Positions 28,892 through 39,216 of a DNA stretch of 64,000 bases are shown here, piece by piece (position 1 is the stretch's first letter; each line of letters starts with the position of its first letter). Origin of the DNA: Candidatus Nomurabacteria bacterium (GTDB lineage Bacteria; Patescibacteriota; Dojkabacteria; SC72; JAHDCA01). The stretch lies in the NCBI GenBank assembly GCA_020632375.1, contig JACKFR010000002.1:51995-115994 (forward strand), read 5' to 3'. The position numbers were made by a program, and so were the translations under genes. The notes below the pieces were generated by a model that saw only the letters and a program-made list of their open reading frames with translations, searched no databases and had not been told where the DNA came from.

Positions 28892-29525
28892 CACATCTAA
28901 ACTAATTATGAATTTAAAGATAGATTCTGGGAAAAAATATAAAGGGCAAGGGTTTGTTGAGTCTCTGGTGGCTATCCTTGTAACTGGTCTCGCATCTATT
29001 GCTCTTATGGCTGTTGCAGCGAGGACAATTCGTGAGGTTGTCAGGAATGAACAGCTTGATCAGTTGACTCAAGAAGCGGTTAAAGGCGGGAAAATTTTAG
29101 ACTATGTCGTTGACGAGCATAATCACGGATCCGACCATACAACTCTTTTCCCTTTCAATAATGTTGATGAAGCCAAGTGTGTGGCGATTGACGGTGATAT
29201 AAATGGTGCAAATCTCTATGTTGGGGATAAATCAGACGCAGGTGACGTAGTTTGTAATTATATTTCTCCGTATAGCGGTGTTAATCCGCAGGACTGCCTT
29301 GAGGGAAATGAATCTGAAGTGAAAATTGATTCAATTGACCAGCAGGATCTTTTCAGGATTATGTGCATACACCCGGACTCAAACGCTTCTAAAGGCATTT
29401 TGGTTGTAAAGATTTATACTGGCACATTGACTTGCTCAACGCTTAATTCGAATGTGACTCAAATTCTTGACCCTTCTAGAAACTGTTTAATTTACGAATA
29501 TACAAGTGTTTATAATGTGCTTTAA
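28878..29525 (+). CDS. Minor pilin (PilV-like).
   Basis: 215 aa. Has KGQGFVESLVAILVTGLASIAL. An alternative ATG at 28908 would give a 15-aa leader. Confidence 0.6.
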   Translation: MNLTNTSKLIMNLKIDSGKKYKGQGFVESLVAILVTGLASIALMAVAARTIREVVRNEQLDQLTQEAVKGGKILDYVVDEHNHGSDHTTLFPFNNVDEAKCVAIDGDINGANLYVGDKSDAGDVVCNYISPYSGVNPQDCLEGNESEVKIDSIDQQDLFRIMCIHPDSNASKGILVVKIYTGTLTCSTLNSNVTQILDPSRNCLIYEYTSVYNVL

Positions 29526-30192
29526 GAAATCCCTAAAAAACAGAAAATATGATGGTGTCAGCCTGGTTGAAATGCTTATAACAATGGTCATCATGGTCGC
29601 AGTTTTACTTGTGACCTCAGTCATACTAATAACGCTTATAAAAGCTTCGGCGATTTCGAGCGCAAGGACTCTTTCTCGGAATGAAACTGAGTTTCTATCT
29701 CAATTGCTCCAACGTTATATAGAAAATTCTGAAGCAGATGAGATACATGTCTACAGTGTTACAGGGCGGACAATAGATGCCGATGGTAATATCGGTGGCT
29801 CTCCAGTATTAGCCGAGGTCACTGCAGGGAGTGGTGATTCCGGAAATGAGATTCAATTCAGACCTATTGATAGCGATAAATGGATTTGCATAGCAATGTA
29901 CTGCGATAATGCATCATGCAATTCCAATGCAATAGGCTATGTTGTGAAGTCTTTTTCTTCTGCCGAAGGCTTATCATGTCTAGACGGCACAAATCAAGTG
30001 ACATTTATCACTGCGGATACCGTAGATCTTGATAATTTTGAGATTCAATCTTATGTTGATCAGTCTGGTAATTACTCATTTATATTTGATGTCACTCTGA
30101 AACCGATTTATTGGATCCCTGGACGACAGTCAAGCTTCAAACCTGAATACACCCGTCAACTTATTCTTTCAACCGGCAAGTTGACCTACTAA
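29515..30192 (+). CDS. Minor pilin (PilW-like).
   Basis: Has RKYDGVSLVEMLITMVIMVAVLL. The track ORF starts at a GTG at 29506; the first ATG is at 29515. Confidence 0.6.
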   Translation: MCFKKSLKNRKYDGVSLVEMLITMVIMVAVLLVTSVILITLIKASAISSARTLSRNETEFLSQLLQRYIENSEADEIHVYSVTGRTIDADGNIGGSPVLAEVTAGSGDSGNEIQFRPIDSDKWICIAMYCDNASCNSNAIGYVVKSFSSAEGLSCLDGTNQVTFITADTVDLDNFEIQSYVDQSGNYSFIFDVTLKPIYWIPGRQSSFKPEYTRQLILSTGKLTY

Positions 30193-30241
30193 AAGCTATT
30201 TGTTAAATTAATTCTATTGTATCGGTAGTTTATAAATCCTT

Positions 30242-31255
30242 ATGGTCAAGCTTAAATACGAAGGTCAAGCATTAGCGATTGTGTTAATAGTCCTCATTGT
30301 TGCAGTTATCATTGCATTAGCTGTTGTTTCTCGTACACTAAGCGATCGGACACAGGTTATTAAGGAGCGCTCTTCTGCGGATGCTGTCGAAGCAGCCAAT
30401 TCTACTCTTGACGCTGTAGCAGGAATTAGTATAGCTGATCTCGCAGAGTATGCTGAGGGAACAGGTAGAACTGTTTGTGGTCTCGGACCGACAGATAACT
30501 TTGCTGATGTAGGATGCCATATTGAAAGTGTAGATGACTTAGAAACACTTCTTGATAACTTTGGTCTATCTGCTTTCTATGATTCAATCTCGAACGATCT
30601 CGCTGCAAAATGCCCAGCAACTGATTCAAACCAGTTTAATAAGTCTTTAAATCTTAGCTTTGAGTATGCAAGTGAGGACGATGAAATAACAATTGAAAAA
30701 GATTCAGTTTTTTCAATTGTTAACAATGGAAATCCTCCTAATAATAATCCCGGGACATGTGCGATTGATTTGAATGCCACACCCCTACCTTCCGGCTCAA
30801 CTGCAGGTGTTATTACAAGTGCAGTCTATGTTACGAAGAGTGGAAATGATATCGCTAGCTTTAAACAGTATCGGTATCCTGATGTCAAAGCTTTTTGCAT
30901 ATCTGATGGATGTAACGGAAGTGCAGACTGGGTCGAATCTTCGAATTCAAGCTGGGGACTTCGACTCACAGGTAATATAGATGATGTACCTATTATTAAA
31001 ACGATAGGTTCTACTGATTACTATCTGCAAGAAGTTAGGATTAAGCCTGTTGGATCTGATATCAACTTGACTAGGCAAGAGACAGGAGGTACAGATTGTG
31101 TTAGTTTTAGAGACCTCTTAAAAGTAAGTGCAACTGTAAATTGTGGAGATACTGCGAGAGGTAGAGAGATTGTGCTTACAGACGATGAATGGGCACCTGC
31201 AATATTTGATTATGTAGTGTTTAATGGAAATGGAGTTTTAGAATTATCTCAGTAA
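30242..31255 (+). CDS. Minor pilin (PilX-like).
   Basis: 337 aa. Has YEGQALAIVLIVLIVAVIIALAVV. Confidence 0.5.
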   Translation: MVKLKYEGQALAIVLIVLIVAVIIALAVVSRTLSDRTQVIKERSSADAVEAANSTLDAVAGISIADLAEYAEGTGRTVCGLGPTDNFADVGCHIESVDDLETLLDNFGLSAFYDSISNDLAAKCPATDSNQFNKSLNLSFEYASEDDEITIEKDSVFSIVNNGNPPNNNPGTCAIDLNATPLPSGSTAGVITSAVYVTKSGNDIASFKQYRYPDVKAFCISDGCNGSADWVESSNSSWGLRLTGNIDDVPIIKTIGSTDYYLQEVRIKPVGSDINLTRQETGGTDCVSFRDLLKVSATVNCGDTARGREIVLTDDEWAPAIFDYVVFNGNGVLELSQ

Positions 31256-31289
31256 TTAAGCATATTTAAAATCTTTAGGAAGGTTAAGA

Positions 31290-31712
31290 ATGGATGAGGA
31301 TAATAAAAAGATTGGCATATTAATCGTTGAGGACGAAGTACCTTTACTTGATACGTATGCTGAGATTTTATCTGGAGAGGGATATCAAGTATTTAAAGCC
31401 GAGGGAGGGGTTAGAGGACTACAGTTGATTGAAGAAAATAAAGCAGTCATTAAAGTTGTTTTTCTAGATTTAATGATGTCGGGAATGGATGGGTTGGATG
31501 TTTTACGAAAGGTCAAAAGCGATAGTGCTAAATATGGCTCCCCTAAAGTTATTGTTCTAACTAATATGACCAGTGAGCAGATTATTAAAGAGGCTTTTAT
31601 GATTGGTGCAGATTCGTATTTAATTAAGTCTGAGCTGGATGCAAAAGACATGAAGACTGAAATTGCTAATGTTTTACCGCAAGAAGCGGGAGCTGCTCAA
31701 AATACAAACTAA
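31290..31712 (+). CDS. Single-domain CheY-like response regulator (PilH/PilG-like) inside the pilus operon.
   Basis: 140 aa. Has ILIVEDEVPLL..., VVFLDLMMSGMDG, a conserved Thr and a Lys. Confidence 0.8.
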   Translation: MDEDNKKIGILIVEDEVPLLDTYAEILSGEGYQVFKAEGGVRGLQLIEENKAVIKVVFLDLMMSGMDGLDVLRKVKSDSAKYGSPKVIVLTNMTSEQIIKEAFMIGADSYLIKSELDAKDMKTEIANVLPQEAGAAQNTN

Positions 31713-32369
31713 ATGAAAGAAATTAAGATAAATATAACTAGGAGAAAGCTTATTGCATTGGGGTTGGTTTTTGTGGTTTTGGTCGGAGCTGTTATTGGAT
31801 GGATTGTGGTTAGACCGAAATTGAATACTAACAGTAATGTTGATAAAGAGATTGAAAACGCCCAATACCCATTTTTTCCTGAGCAGTATTACGAAGTGTA
31901 TATGACTCCTGATAACAGCTGGAAGATCAAAAATTTTCAGCCTATTGTTACCGGATTCGAAGATAATGGTACTGCTCAGTACATTTTAGCAAAGTACAAA
32001 GATTATAATGGTGATGTTCGCACGATCAAGATTTATACTACCGGTGCAATTTTAGATCAGCCCGGGCGTGAGAAAATCGGGCTACAAGAAACTGAAGAAG
32101 TGTCAAAACAGGTCACATTCACAGAGCTGAAAGATATCGTTAAAAAAGGTGACCAGATAGATGTCCTTTATCTGGCTGAGTTTACAATTTCGCAAGATAT
32201 CGGAGATATCTGCGTGGGCAAAGAAGATTTATGTGCTCATTCGTCAGTAATGGGAAGGATTTACAACGATTTGCAGTCTTTTGTTACAAATAAAACTGCG
32301 GCAGATGGGTTTGTATTACCTGCTTTTTCAATTAATCTTGTTAATGAGACAAAGGAGAGCAATATCTAA
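31713..32369 (+). CDS. Membrane-anchored hypothetical protein.
   Basis: 218 aa with a single N-terminal TM (LIALGLVFVVLVGAVIGWIVV). Its stop overlaps the start of the giant protein gene. Confidence 0.5.
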   Translation: MKEIKINITRRKLIALGLVFVVLVGAVIGWIVVRPKLNTNSNVDKEIENAQYPFFPEQYYEVYMTPDNSWKIKNFQPIVTGFEDNGTAQYILAKYKDYNGDVRTIKIYTTGAILDQPGREKIGLQETEEVSKQVTFTELKDIVKKGDQIDVLYLAEFTISQDIGDICVGKEDLCAHSSVMGRIYNDLQSFVTNKTAADGFVLPAFSINLVNETKESNI

Positions 32370-35300
32370 TGGCACTGTCAAACAAACTTTCAAAATTACT
32401 CGGATTCTCAGCAGTTTTGTTTGTATTTGGATTTGTCGCTGCTAAAAGTAGCTATGCAGATCCAGATGATTACTGTCCGCCCAATCCAGGTGGGTATTGT
32501 TATGGAACTACAGTACAGCAGAGAGCTGTCGGTTGTAAGGAAGTCCCAGGGAGTAATTTTTGTACTACAAGGTGGTCAGATGTTTATGTATACCAGTGTA
32601 CAGATCCTTATTGTAACGCTCAAAATAATCCATATAACGGTGTAAGATGTGTAGTGAATGCACAACCACCTAATTGTGATGAAGAAATTGAGTATTTTAA
32701 CTACAATTTTAACTGCTGCGTTAACCCAGGAGGTGGAGATGACGGCGGCGGTGATGGTGGCGGTGGTGGTGGTGAACCTCCTCCCCCTCCGGGAGGTGGA
32801 GCGTGTGGTTGTTGTAACGTAGATGACTATAATGGCATTGAGTGCTCTGATACACCGCCTATTGGGGATGGCGATGGAAAGCTTGAATGTTGTTGCGGAA
32901 CAGGAGATTGTTATAGCGATGATACGGGTTCATGTCTTTCAAATCCGTCACAGTGTGGTAACGACTGCTCCCCGCAAGGAAGCTGTTCTTGTAATCCGGT
33001 TTGTCCCGAAGGCTCATCTACAGACTTCACTGGAGAGCTATGTTATGTCGGAGACCAAAGCTGCAACTGTAATGATTGTTTAGGAGATACTTACACTAAT
33101 TCAGGTGGACAATGTTACTCTCCTGAGACCAATGTAGTATCTGACCCACCAGCTTATATTGGTATGATTGTAGCTGGGTTTGATATTCATCTTAGTTCTA
33201 CTGGCAATACTGTGATTCCCAGGCCTTTAGAAAGTGAGAATGAACAGGTTCAAGCTTATCTTCCTGCATTTCCTGGAGATACAGATCTTTCAAGAGCTGT
33301 GAAATATAGAATAAACTTTAATAATCAGGGGCCAGTACCGCTAACAGCTCCATGGAGGTATGTAAATAATAACCCTTCGGAAGATTTTTTTGCACCAATT
33401 CAATGTGATACTAGTAATGTCGGGACAGATAGAATTGTAGATCTTGAGCCTGGTGCAGAAAGCATTTACGATGTCCTTGACCATGGTTATATTGGTGGTG
33501 CTTGGAGTGCTTATGCAACAGTAGATGCCTGTCAGGATGCGTGTAAAAACAGCTCTAATACTACTGGTAATTATGTTGTTAATAGTTATCCTACTTACAG
33601 TTCCATCGAGAATGTTACTGCTGCTAATCCTGACGATTATCTCGGTTGTTCTTCTACAGAATACAGCAGTAGAAATGTTAATAACCCTGTGAATTTCAAG
33701 GTTAAGGTTTCAGATGTAAACGGGGCAAGCAATATAGAAACAATTGCAGTATGGTTCAAGCAGTCAGGTGGACCACCTACGATTCAGGATCTAACTGTAT
33801 ACCCTTCATCTCCTTACTCAAGCCCTGAGATAAAAAACAACAATTCATTTGGATTTCTTGTTGAAAAAGCTCGAAACACAAATCAGTGGAAATATGTTTT
33901 TGTCCCGCATAATATTAACGGAAATAACTGGATCTGGTGGCGGGATGACACTAACTATACAGTTTCGAAGACGCAGAATACAGACTTGGTAAGAATAAAT
34001 GGTGCTTCTGGTAACCCACTTGCAATTATTAGAGATGTTTCTGTCAATGAAGTCGGAAATGATGCTACGCTTGATTTTAAAATCGAATTTATTACTAGTG
34101 ATACTGGCATTACACCTTTTGAACAGGTTCCAGATAACCCGTATGAGCTTTATGCTGCCGTTGGTGATGAATTTGAATTTAAAGCTGACGACCCGCTTAT
34201 AAACCGTGTTACCCCAAGCTGGAATGATACTGGCGAAGGCTGGGATGTAGACATGACTCCTCCCACATATGACCAAGATGTAAGTGTTGTCGGATCGGAG
34301 CTTATTCAGATAGATTGGCATGCAAATGAGCCGGGTAATCATAAAAGTGGTCTTTTTCATGTTGTCGGAGATGCAAGCTATTCACTTTATGAGCCCGGTG
34401 ACGAGATCAGGAATCGAAATGATCCACCGGGGCAGAATTACGGCTTCTCTCCATCTGCTGACCTGTTTACAAATGTATATCCTAATCAGCACTTGTGGTA
34501 TAAGACTGGTATATCAGGTAATGGATCTAACGGATCACCAGTTATACAGATCTTCGATCTTGAAGAGGGCTCGTTAGACTTTTGTGGTGGAGCATTTGAT
34601 CATGCATGTAATACTTCTTCAGGAATAGATGATGGCGGTTTGATAGGAAGCGGCTCGCACTGTGTATCTCAGGCTCTTGGCAAACCATGGATGATGTCAC
34701 GAGCAGGTCATATATATAGTAAAGGGGGGACAAGTCTTTTTGTCCCCGAACTTACAAGTGATCCTAATCCTACTGGCTTTCTTACGGATCAGAATTATCC
34801 TTCCGGGAGTGATTCTATTTGGGATCAACCGTTTAGATTCCAGCTTACAAATGGAGTGAGAAATCCTCCAGATTATGATATTTCGCTTACCTCAGAGGGT
34901 TTGTTGGGATTAGTTCCTACTTCGGGATTAGATAAGACTTCAGGTTTTGGGTACTCTTTAGCAAATTATACTGAGCAGAATAATACTCAAGGCTTCTGGT
35001 TCGATGAGTTGAAGCGTTTATATACTGGAAATAAGTCTAAGTCTGGTGTGCATTTAAAGCAAGTTACATATCCTTCCTCGATCTCAGCAAATAAGAAGGT
35101 CTCTAATTCTTGTTCGATTGGAAGCAATGATGCTTGTGTTTATGTCATGGGTAGCTCTTCTAATCTTTCCATCGGGCAAAACTTCCAGTGTGACCTGCCT
35201 GCAGTGTTTTTCATAAACGGTTCATTAACTATCAACCCTGATTTACTCCGAGATGATGGTGAGGCGCTGAACGGCTGTGTTTTTGTTGTCCAAGGCGATG

Positions 35301-35677
35301 TTGATATTAAGCCGGGCAAAGATCAAAATGAACCTGGTGTATGTAGTTCTGATGTAAACGATCCTGGTTGTTATCCGATGTATGATTTACTAGAAGCGTT
35401 TATTATTTCTGAAGGTCAGATTACAATCGAACCTGATGAAAGAGTTAATCCTAATCTCCTTAATGATGGTCTACTTGTTCATGGGAGTCTGGTAGCTTTT
35501 GGCGGGAACGCATCTAATCCTTCAATTGTTATTCAAAGATCTCTTAAACTTGTTAACAATCTCAAATATCCTTCTGCTGCTTTCCATTATGATCCCAGAT
35601 ATCTTGAAATCGCTAAAACTGTTTTTGGAAGAGAGAAAGAAGCGTACAGAAAAGACATCGGGTTTAAGCCACTTTAG
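32369..35677 (+). CDS. Large secreted Cys-rich protein. Positional analog of the PilY1/pilus-tip adhesin.
   Basis: 1102 aa. Sec signal peptide MALSNKLSKLLGFSAVLFVFGFVAAKSSYA, more than 40 Cys in the first 300 aa, and a Gly/Pro tract GGGDDGGGDGGGGGGEPPPPPGGG. Sits between the minor pilins and pilMNO. Confidence 0.7.
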   Translation: MALSNKLSKLLGFSAVLFVFGFVAAKSSYADPDDYCPPNPGGYCYGTTVQQRAVGCKEVPGSNFCTTRWSDVYVYQCTDPYCNAQNNPYNGVRCVVNAQPPNCDEEIEYFNYNFNCCVNPGGGDDGGGDGGGGGGEPPPPPGGGACGCCNVDDYNGIECSDTPPIGDGDGKLECCCGTGDCYSDDTGSCLSNPSQCGNDCSPQGSCSCNPVCPEGSSTDFTGELCYVGDQSCNCNDCLGDTYTNSGGQCYSPETNVVSDPPAYIGMIVAGFDIHLSSTGNTVIPRPLESENEQVQAYLPAFPGDTDLSRAVKYRINFNNQGPVPLTAPWRYVNNNPSEDFFAPIQCDTSNVGTDRIVDLEPGAESIYDVLDHGYIGGAWSAYATVDACQDACKNSSNTTGNYVVNSYPTYSSIENVTAANPDDYLGCSSTEYSSRNVNNPVNFKVKVSDVNGASNIETIAVWFKQSGGPPTIQDLTVYPSSPYSSPEIKNNNSFGFLVEKARNTNQWKYVFVPHNINGNNWIWWRDDTNYTVSKTQNTDLVRINGASGNPLAIIRDVSVNEVGNDATLDFKIEFITSDTGITPFEQVPDNPYELYAAVGDEFEFKADDPLINRVTPSWNDTGEGWDVDMTPPTYDQDVSVVGSELIQIDWHANEPGNHKSGLFHVVGDASYSLYEPGDEIRNRNDPPGQNYGFSPSADLFTNVYPNQHLWYKTGISGNGSNGSPVIQIFDLEEGSLDFCGGAFDHACNTSSGIDDGGLIGSGSHCVSQALGKPWMMSRAGHIYSKGGTSLFVPELTSDPNPTGFLTDQNYPSGSDSIWDQPFRFQLTNGVRNPPDYDISLTSEGLLGLVPTSGLDKTSGFGYSLANYTEQNNTQGFWFDELKRLYTGNKSKSGVHLKQVTYPSSISANKKVSNSCSIGSNDACVYVMGSSSNLSIGQNFQCDLPAVFFINGSLTINPDLLRDDGEALNGCVFVVQGDVDIKPGKDQNEPGVCSSDVNDPGCYPMYDLLEAFIISEGQITIEPDERVNPNLLNDGLLVHGSLVAFGGNASNPSIVIQRSLKLVNNLKYPSAAFHYDPRYLEIAKTVFGREKEAYRKDIGFKPL

Positions 35678-35700
35678 TAGTTGGTAATTAGCCGAATCTT

Positions 35701-35730
35701 TTGACTTTAAAGCACTTCTCTGCTATCAAT
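35701..35730 (+). promoter_or_regulatory. Candidate sigma70-like promoter for pilMNO (TTGACT, 17-nt spacer, TATCAAT).
   Basis: Sequence ttgactttaaagcacttctctgctatcaat precedes the pilM ATG at 35761. The track ORF start at 35701 is this TTG. Confidence 0.3.
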
Positions 35731-35760
35731 TATGTTGATATAAAATATGATCGACTGCCC

Positions 35761-36795
35761 ATGGCAAAGCTGCCAAACCACGTTGGAATTGACTTCGGAA
35801 ACCATACTGTAAAAGCTGTAGAACTAAAAGATGTTGATGGAGAATCCCCTACTCTTGTTAACTTTGGCAGTCAGCCAACACCTCATGGAGTTATAAACAG
35901 CTCTGATACTGATCATCAACGGAAATTGGCAGATGCTCTGAAAGAAATGTATTCTGCTTCTGGGATAGATAACAAAAAGGTAGTTTTAGCTATACCTGAA
36001 TCTGCTGTGTTTACAAGATTTCTGGAGCTGCCCGGTATTAAAGATGACGAACTACAGAGTGCTGTCTTTTATCAGGCGAAAGAATATCTCCCGATGCCTT
36101 TTGAAGATGTCAGGATGAGCTTTATTAAGATTGGGTTTAATAAAGATAAGAATGCCCATAGGGTTTTGCTTGTCGCAGCACCGAAGAAAATAGTGGATAT
36201 TTACCAGAATGTGTCAGATATGGCTGGGATCGAGCCGGTCGCAATTGAAACCGAGTCTATTGCAATGGGCAGAGCGATGTATCGAGCAACTAAAGAAACT
36301 CAGCTTGTTATGCTGGATTTCGGTTCAGAAACTACTGATATGAGTATTATGGCAGATGGGTATCTTGTTTTTTCTCAGAGTATTTCAATCGGCTCAGATG
36401 CTTTAACCCAGGCGATTGTTAATCAATTTAACTTTGAATATGTTCAAGCTGAAGAGTATAAAAGAAATTATGGTCTTAATGAAGATGCTTTAGAAGGAAA
36501 GATTTCACAAACTCTTTCTCCAATTATGTCTTCTATCCTGACTGAAGTGCGCAGAGGAGTAGAGTTTTACAAAAGCAAGACGCTTCTTCCAGCTCCTAAG
36601 AAATATGTCTTGAGCGGCGATGGGGCTCTTCTTCCAGGACTTGCGGACTACATTAGCTCAAATCTATCAATATCTGCAGAAGTAGCAAATCCATGGAGCG
36701 GTATTAAAGTGCCAGATAAATATGCAAAAGTAATTCAGAAAAGCAAGCCTTCTTTTGCAGTCTCGATAGGGCTTGCTCTAAAAGCAGATATATGA
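35761..36795 (+). CDS. pilM: Type IV pilus assembly protein PilM (actin-like ATPase fold).
   Basis: Has MAKLPNHVGIDFGNHTVKAVEL and the PilM/FtsA-like fold. The ATG at 35761 is preferred over the TTG at 35701. Confidence 0.8.
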   Translation: MAKLPNHVGIDFGNHTVKAVELKDVDGESPTLVNFGSQPTPHGVINSSDTDHQRKLADALKEMYSASGIDNKKVVLAIPESAVFTRFLELPGIKDDELQSAVFYQAKEYLPMPFEDVRMSFIKIGFNKDKNAHRVLLVAAPKKIVDIYQNVSDMAGIEPVAIETESIAMGRAMYRATKETQLVMLDFGSETTDMSIMADGYLVFSQSISIGSDALTQAIVNQFNFEYVQAEEYKRNYGLNEDALEGKISQTLSPIMSSILTEVRRGVEFYKSKTLLPAPKKYVLSGDGALLPGLADYISSNLSISAEVANPWSGIKVPDKYAKVIQKSKPSFAVSIGLALKADI

Positions 36796-37658
36796 CACCT
36801 GAAGAAATAAAAAAGAAGGCCGCAGAACTTCAGACTGAAAAAGAATCCCTACCGCAAAATGGTCTTCAGAAGGCTGTCGGAGAAAAGCCAAGCGAAGTTA
36901 GTAAACCGGCGAACTCAGCTGATCCAGCCACTGAGAGTAAAAAACAAACACCAGATGCAAATGATGAAAAATCTCAGTCAGGTTCAGAAAGTAATTCAAA
37001 GAAAGCCCCGAAAGACACTTCAGCAAAATCTTCCACGCAGAAAAAAGAAAAGGACTTCATATCTACAATCTATTTCGGAAATGGTATAAACCTTGTTCCT
37101 ATACTTTCGGATGAAGAAGAAAAGCTTGAAGAAAAGAAATTGAATTTTAACTACTTTGGTGCTTTTGTTCTGTTATTCCTAGCGATTCTTGCATTAGTCC
37201 TGATCGGCATAAAAGCGTATAACCAGGCTGGGCTAAACAATGAAAAGTCTAGTCTTGCTGCGGCAGAAAAAGAATTCAGAGGAAAGTCAGATATTATCCA
37301 GGCAAATAACAGCATCTTGAGAAGAGTTGACTTATATCAGAATATTGAGGCAGCAACTTTCTCTCCGAAAGAGGCTTTATTGTATTGGCAAGAACTCTTT
37401 GGAAAATTTGGGACAATAAGCAAGATTGAGCTTACTAGCGGACTTAATTTCCAAATAAGTGGTTCTGCGAGTAATTTAACAGAAGTTTCTAGGTTGTGGC
37501 ATTTACTAAGCGTAGACGAAAGAGTCGCCAGAGTGAATCTGGACTCAGTAGATACAGCATATGTTGATGAAACAACTTCTGGGAAGAAAGCCTCATATAC
37601 ATTTACAGGTGAATTAAATTTTGATTATTTTAGTTCTGAAGCATTGAGACCACAATGA
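36792..37658 (+). CDS. pilN: PilN-like bitopic membrane protein with a Lys/Ser/Glu-rich N-terminal extension.
   Basis: 288 aa. Single TM (FGAFVLLFLAILALVLIGI) followed by a periplasmic coiled-coil-like region. Translationally coupled to pilM (ATGA). Confidence 0.5.
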   Translation: MTPEEIKKKAAELQTEKESLPQNGLQKAVGEKPSEVSKPANSADPATESKKQTPDANDEKSQSGSESNSKKAPKDTSAKSSTQKKEKDFISTIYFGNGINLVPILSDEEEKLEEKKLNFNYFGAFVLLFLAILALVLIGIKAYNQAGLNNEKSSLAAAEKEFRGKSDIIQANNSILRRVDLYQNIEAATFSPKEALLYWQELFGKFGTISKIELTSGLNFQISGSASNLTEVSRLWHLLSVDERVARVNLDSVDTAYVDETTSGKKASYTFTGELNFDYFSSEALRPQ

Positions 37659-38398
37659 GCTTGATTAAGAGCCGAAGTGCTGATATTGGCAATAACGAAC
37701 AAAAAATAAAGAAGTACACAATCGGAGATTTACTGATTCCTTTATTAAGCATAATAATTTTTGCTATTTTAACTATCGCATTATATGTTCCGGCGATTTC
37801 GGATATATGGGAAATCAGAAAAGATATAAAAGATGTACAAGACAAGAAGGTTTTTATTGATTCAAATCTTAAGATAGTAGATACTTTGAATCAGGATAAG
37901 ATTGGATTATTAGATTCCGCTAGAATTGCAAGGTTAATTGTTCCCACAGAATTAGATGTTTCCAATTTTACCTATTATGTTGATAAATTGGCTAAAGAAA
38001 ATAATCTTGAATTTAAAGAAGTTTCTTCGACAAATATCTCAGTTGACGCATCAAGCATAGAGAATCTCTCACTTGAAGAAGGTGTTAAAGGAATAAGCGG
38101 TCCATTTGTGTATAACGGTTCTTACGACGACATTGTTTCGTTCTTAGATAAACTACAGGCAGATTCTCCTTACATTGTGTCAGCAAGCTCAGTTTCGTTA
38201 AAACAAGAATTGGCTGATCCAAATGCAAAGAAGCAACCTGCTGAAAGTTGGACATTAGAATTAAGCATAACTGGTTACTATGCTGAGGGCAGGCAAAATG
38301 TAACTGTAAGCCCTTACCAGAAGGTTACACCATACTCTAATTATAAAGACATATTGAATGTGTTTACAAAGAAAGCAGAAAAGCTAAGCTCACAGTAA
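37655..38398 (+). CDS. pilO: PilO-like bitopic membrane protein.
   Basis: 247 aa. Single TM (LLIPLLSIIIFAILTIALYV). Overlaps pilN by 4 nt. Confidence 0.45.
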   Translation: MSLIKSRSADIGNNEQKIKKYTIGDLLIPLLSIIIFAILTIALYVPAISDIWEIRKDIKDVQDKKVFIDSNLKIVDTLNQDKIGLLDSARIARLIVPTELDVSNFTYYVDKLAKENNLEFKEVSSTNISVDASSIENLSLEEGVKGISGPFVYNGSYDDIVSFLDKLQADSPYIVSASSVSLKQELADPNAKKQPAESWTLELSITGYYAEGRQNVTVSPYQKVTPYSNYKDILNVFTKKAEKLSSQ

Positions 38399-38405
38399 TG
38401 CTTTT

Positions 38406-38780
38406 CTATACTTCGTCGTTAAGCATGTCTTCTACTTCTTCGCTCGCTTGTGTGTTCATTTCTGAAGTCTGTTGATCTACCTCTTTAGGGGTAACTTCTT
38501 CTTTTTCTTCTCTTCTTCTATTCTCTTTCCCAGGTCTTTCGTCTTCTTTGACAAGCACCTTTACTCTCTTTTGGTTTCTGATAGCACTTATCTTTATAAG
38601 GTCTCTGATTGCGTTAATCGTTTTGCCGCTTCGGCCGATTAAAATCCCTTTGTCAGAGTCGTCCACTGTTACTTCAAGAATAATTAATCCAGGGAAATCA
38701 ACGCTTTCTCTTTCTTCAACTGAGACTGCATCAGGATTATTTACGATACCTTTCACGATCTGTTCTAGTAGTGCTTTCAT
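38406..38780 (-). CDS. KH-domain RNA-binding protein (YlqC/UPF0109 family) with an acidic C-terminal tail.
   Basis: 124 aa. GxxG KH motif in ILIGRSGKTINAIRDL. Lies immediately downstream of rpsP. Confidence 0.7.
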   Translation of the reverse strand: MKALLEQIVKGIVNNPDAVSVEERESVDFPGLIILEVTVDDSDKGILIGRSGKTINAIRDLIKISAIRNQKRVKVLVKEDERPGKENRRREEKEEVTPKEVDQQTSEMNTQASEEVEDMLNDEV

Positions 38781-38800
38781 TTGGACTGGTATAAAATTAT

Positions 38801-39118
38801 CTATTTGCTTTCTGATTCTTCTTTTGCTGCTTTCTTTTTCGGTTTTAGAGATGGCTTTGTAGAACCTCTTTTGATATCTTTAATAATTCCCGCTTTTACA
38901 AAAAGCTGAGCGACAGTATCAGTCGGTTGAGCACCGTTCCTAAGCCATTTTCTTGCAGCTTCTTGGTCGATCTCAACAGTTGATGGTTGTGTTCTAGGGT
39001 TATAATACCCTATCTCTTCAACAGATTTCGAATTTCGCGACCTGTTGGCCTCTGCAATAACGATTCTGTAATGCGGTTGTCCTTTTCTACCAGTTCGTTT
39101 AAGTCGTATTTTAAGCAT
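38801..39118 (-). CDS. rpsP: 30S ribosomal protein S16
   Basis: Has [31 protein letters not shown]...YYNP. Confidence 0.9.
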   Translation of the reverse strand: MLKIRLKRTGRKGQPHYRIVIAEANRSRNSKSVEEIGYYNPRTQPSTVEIDQEAARKWLRNGAQPTDTVAQLFVKAGIIKDIKRGSTKPSLKPKKKAAKEESESK

Positions 39119-39216
39119 AGTTTCTATCTAAACATCAAGTTATGAGCTGAAAGATTGTAACAGAAGCAAAGTTTGTTTTCAATATTCCCCTTAAGAAAGA
39201 GGTTTTGAAAGAAGTT

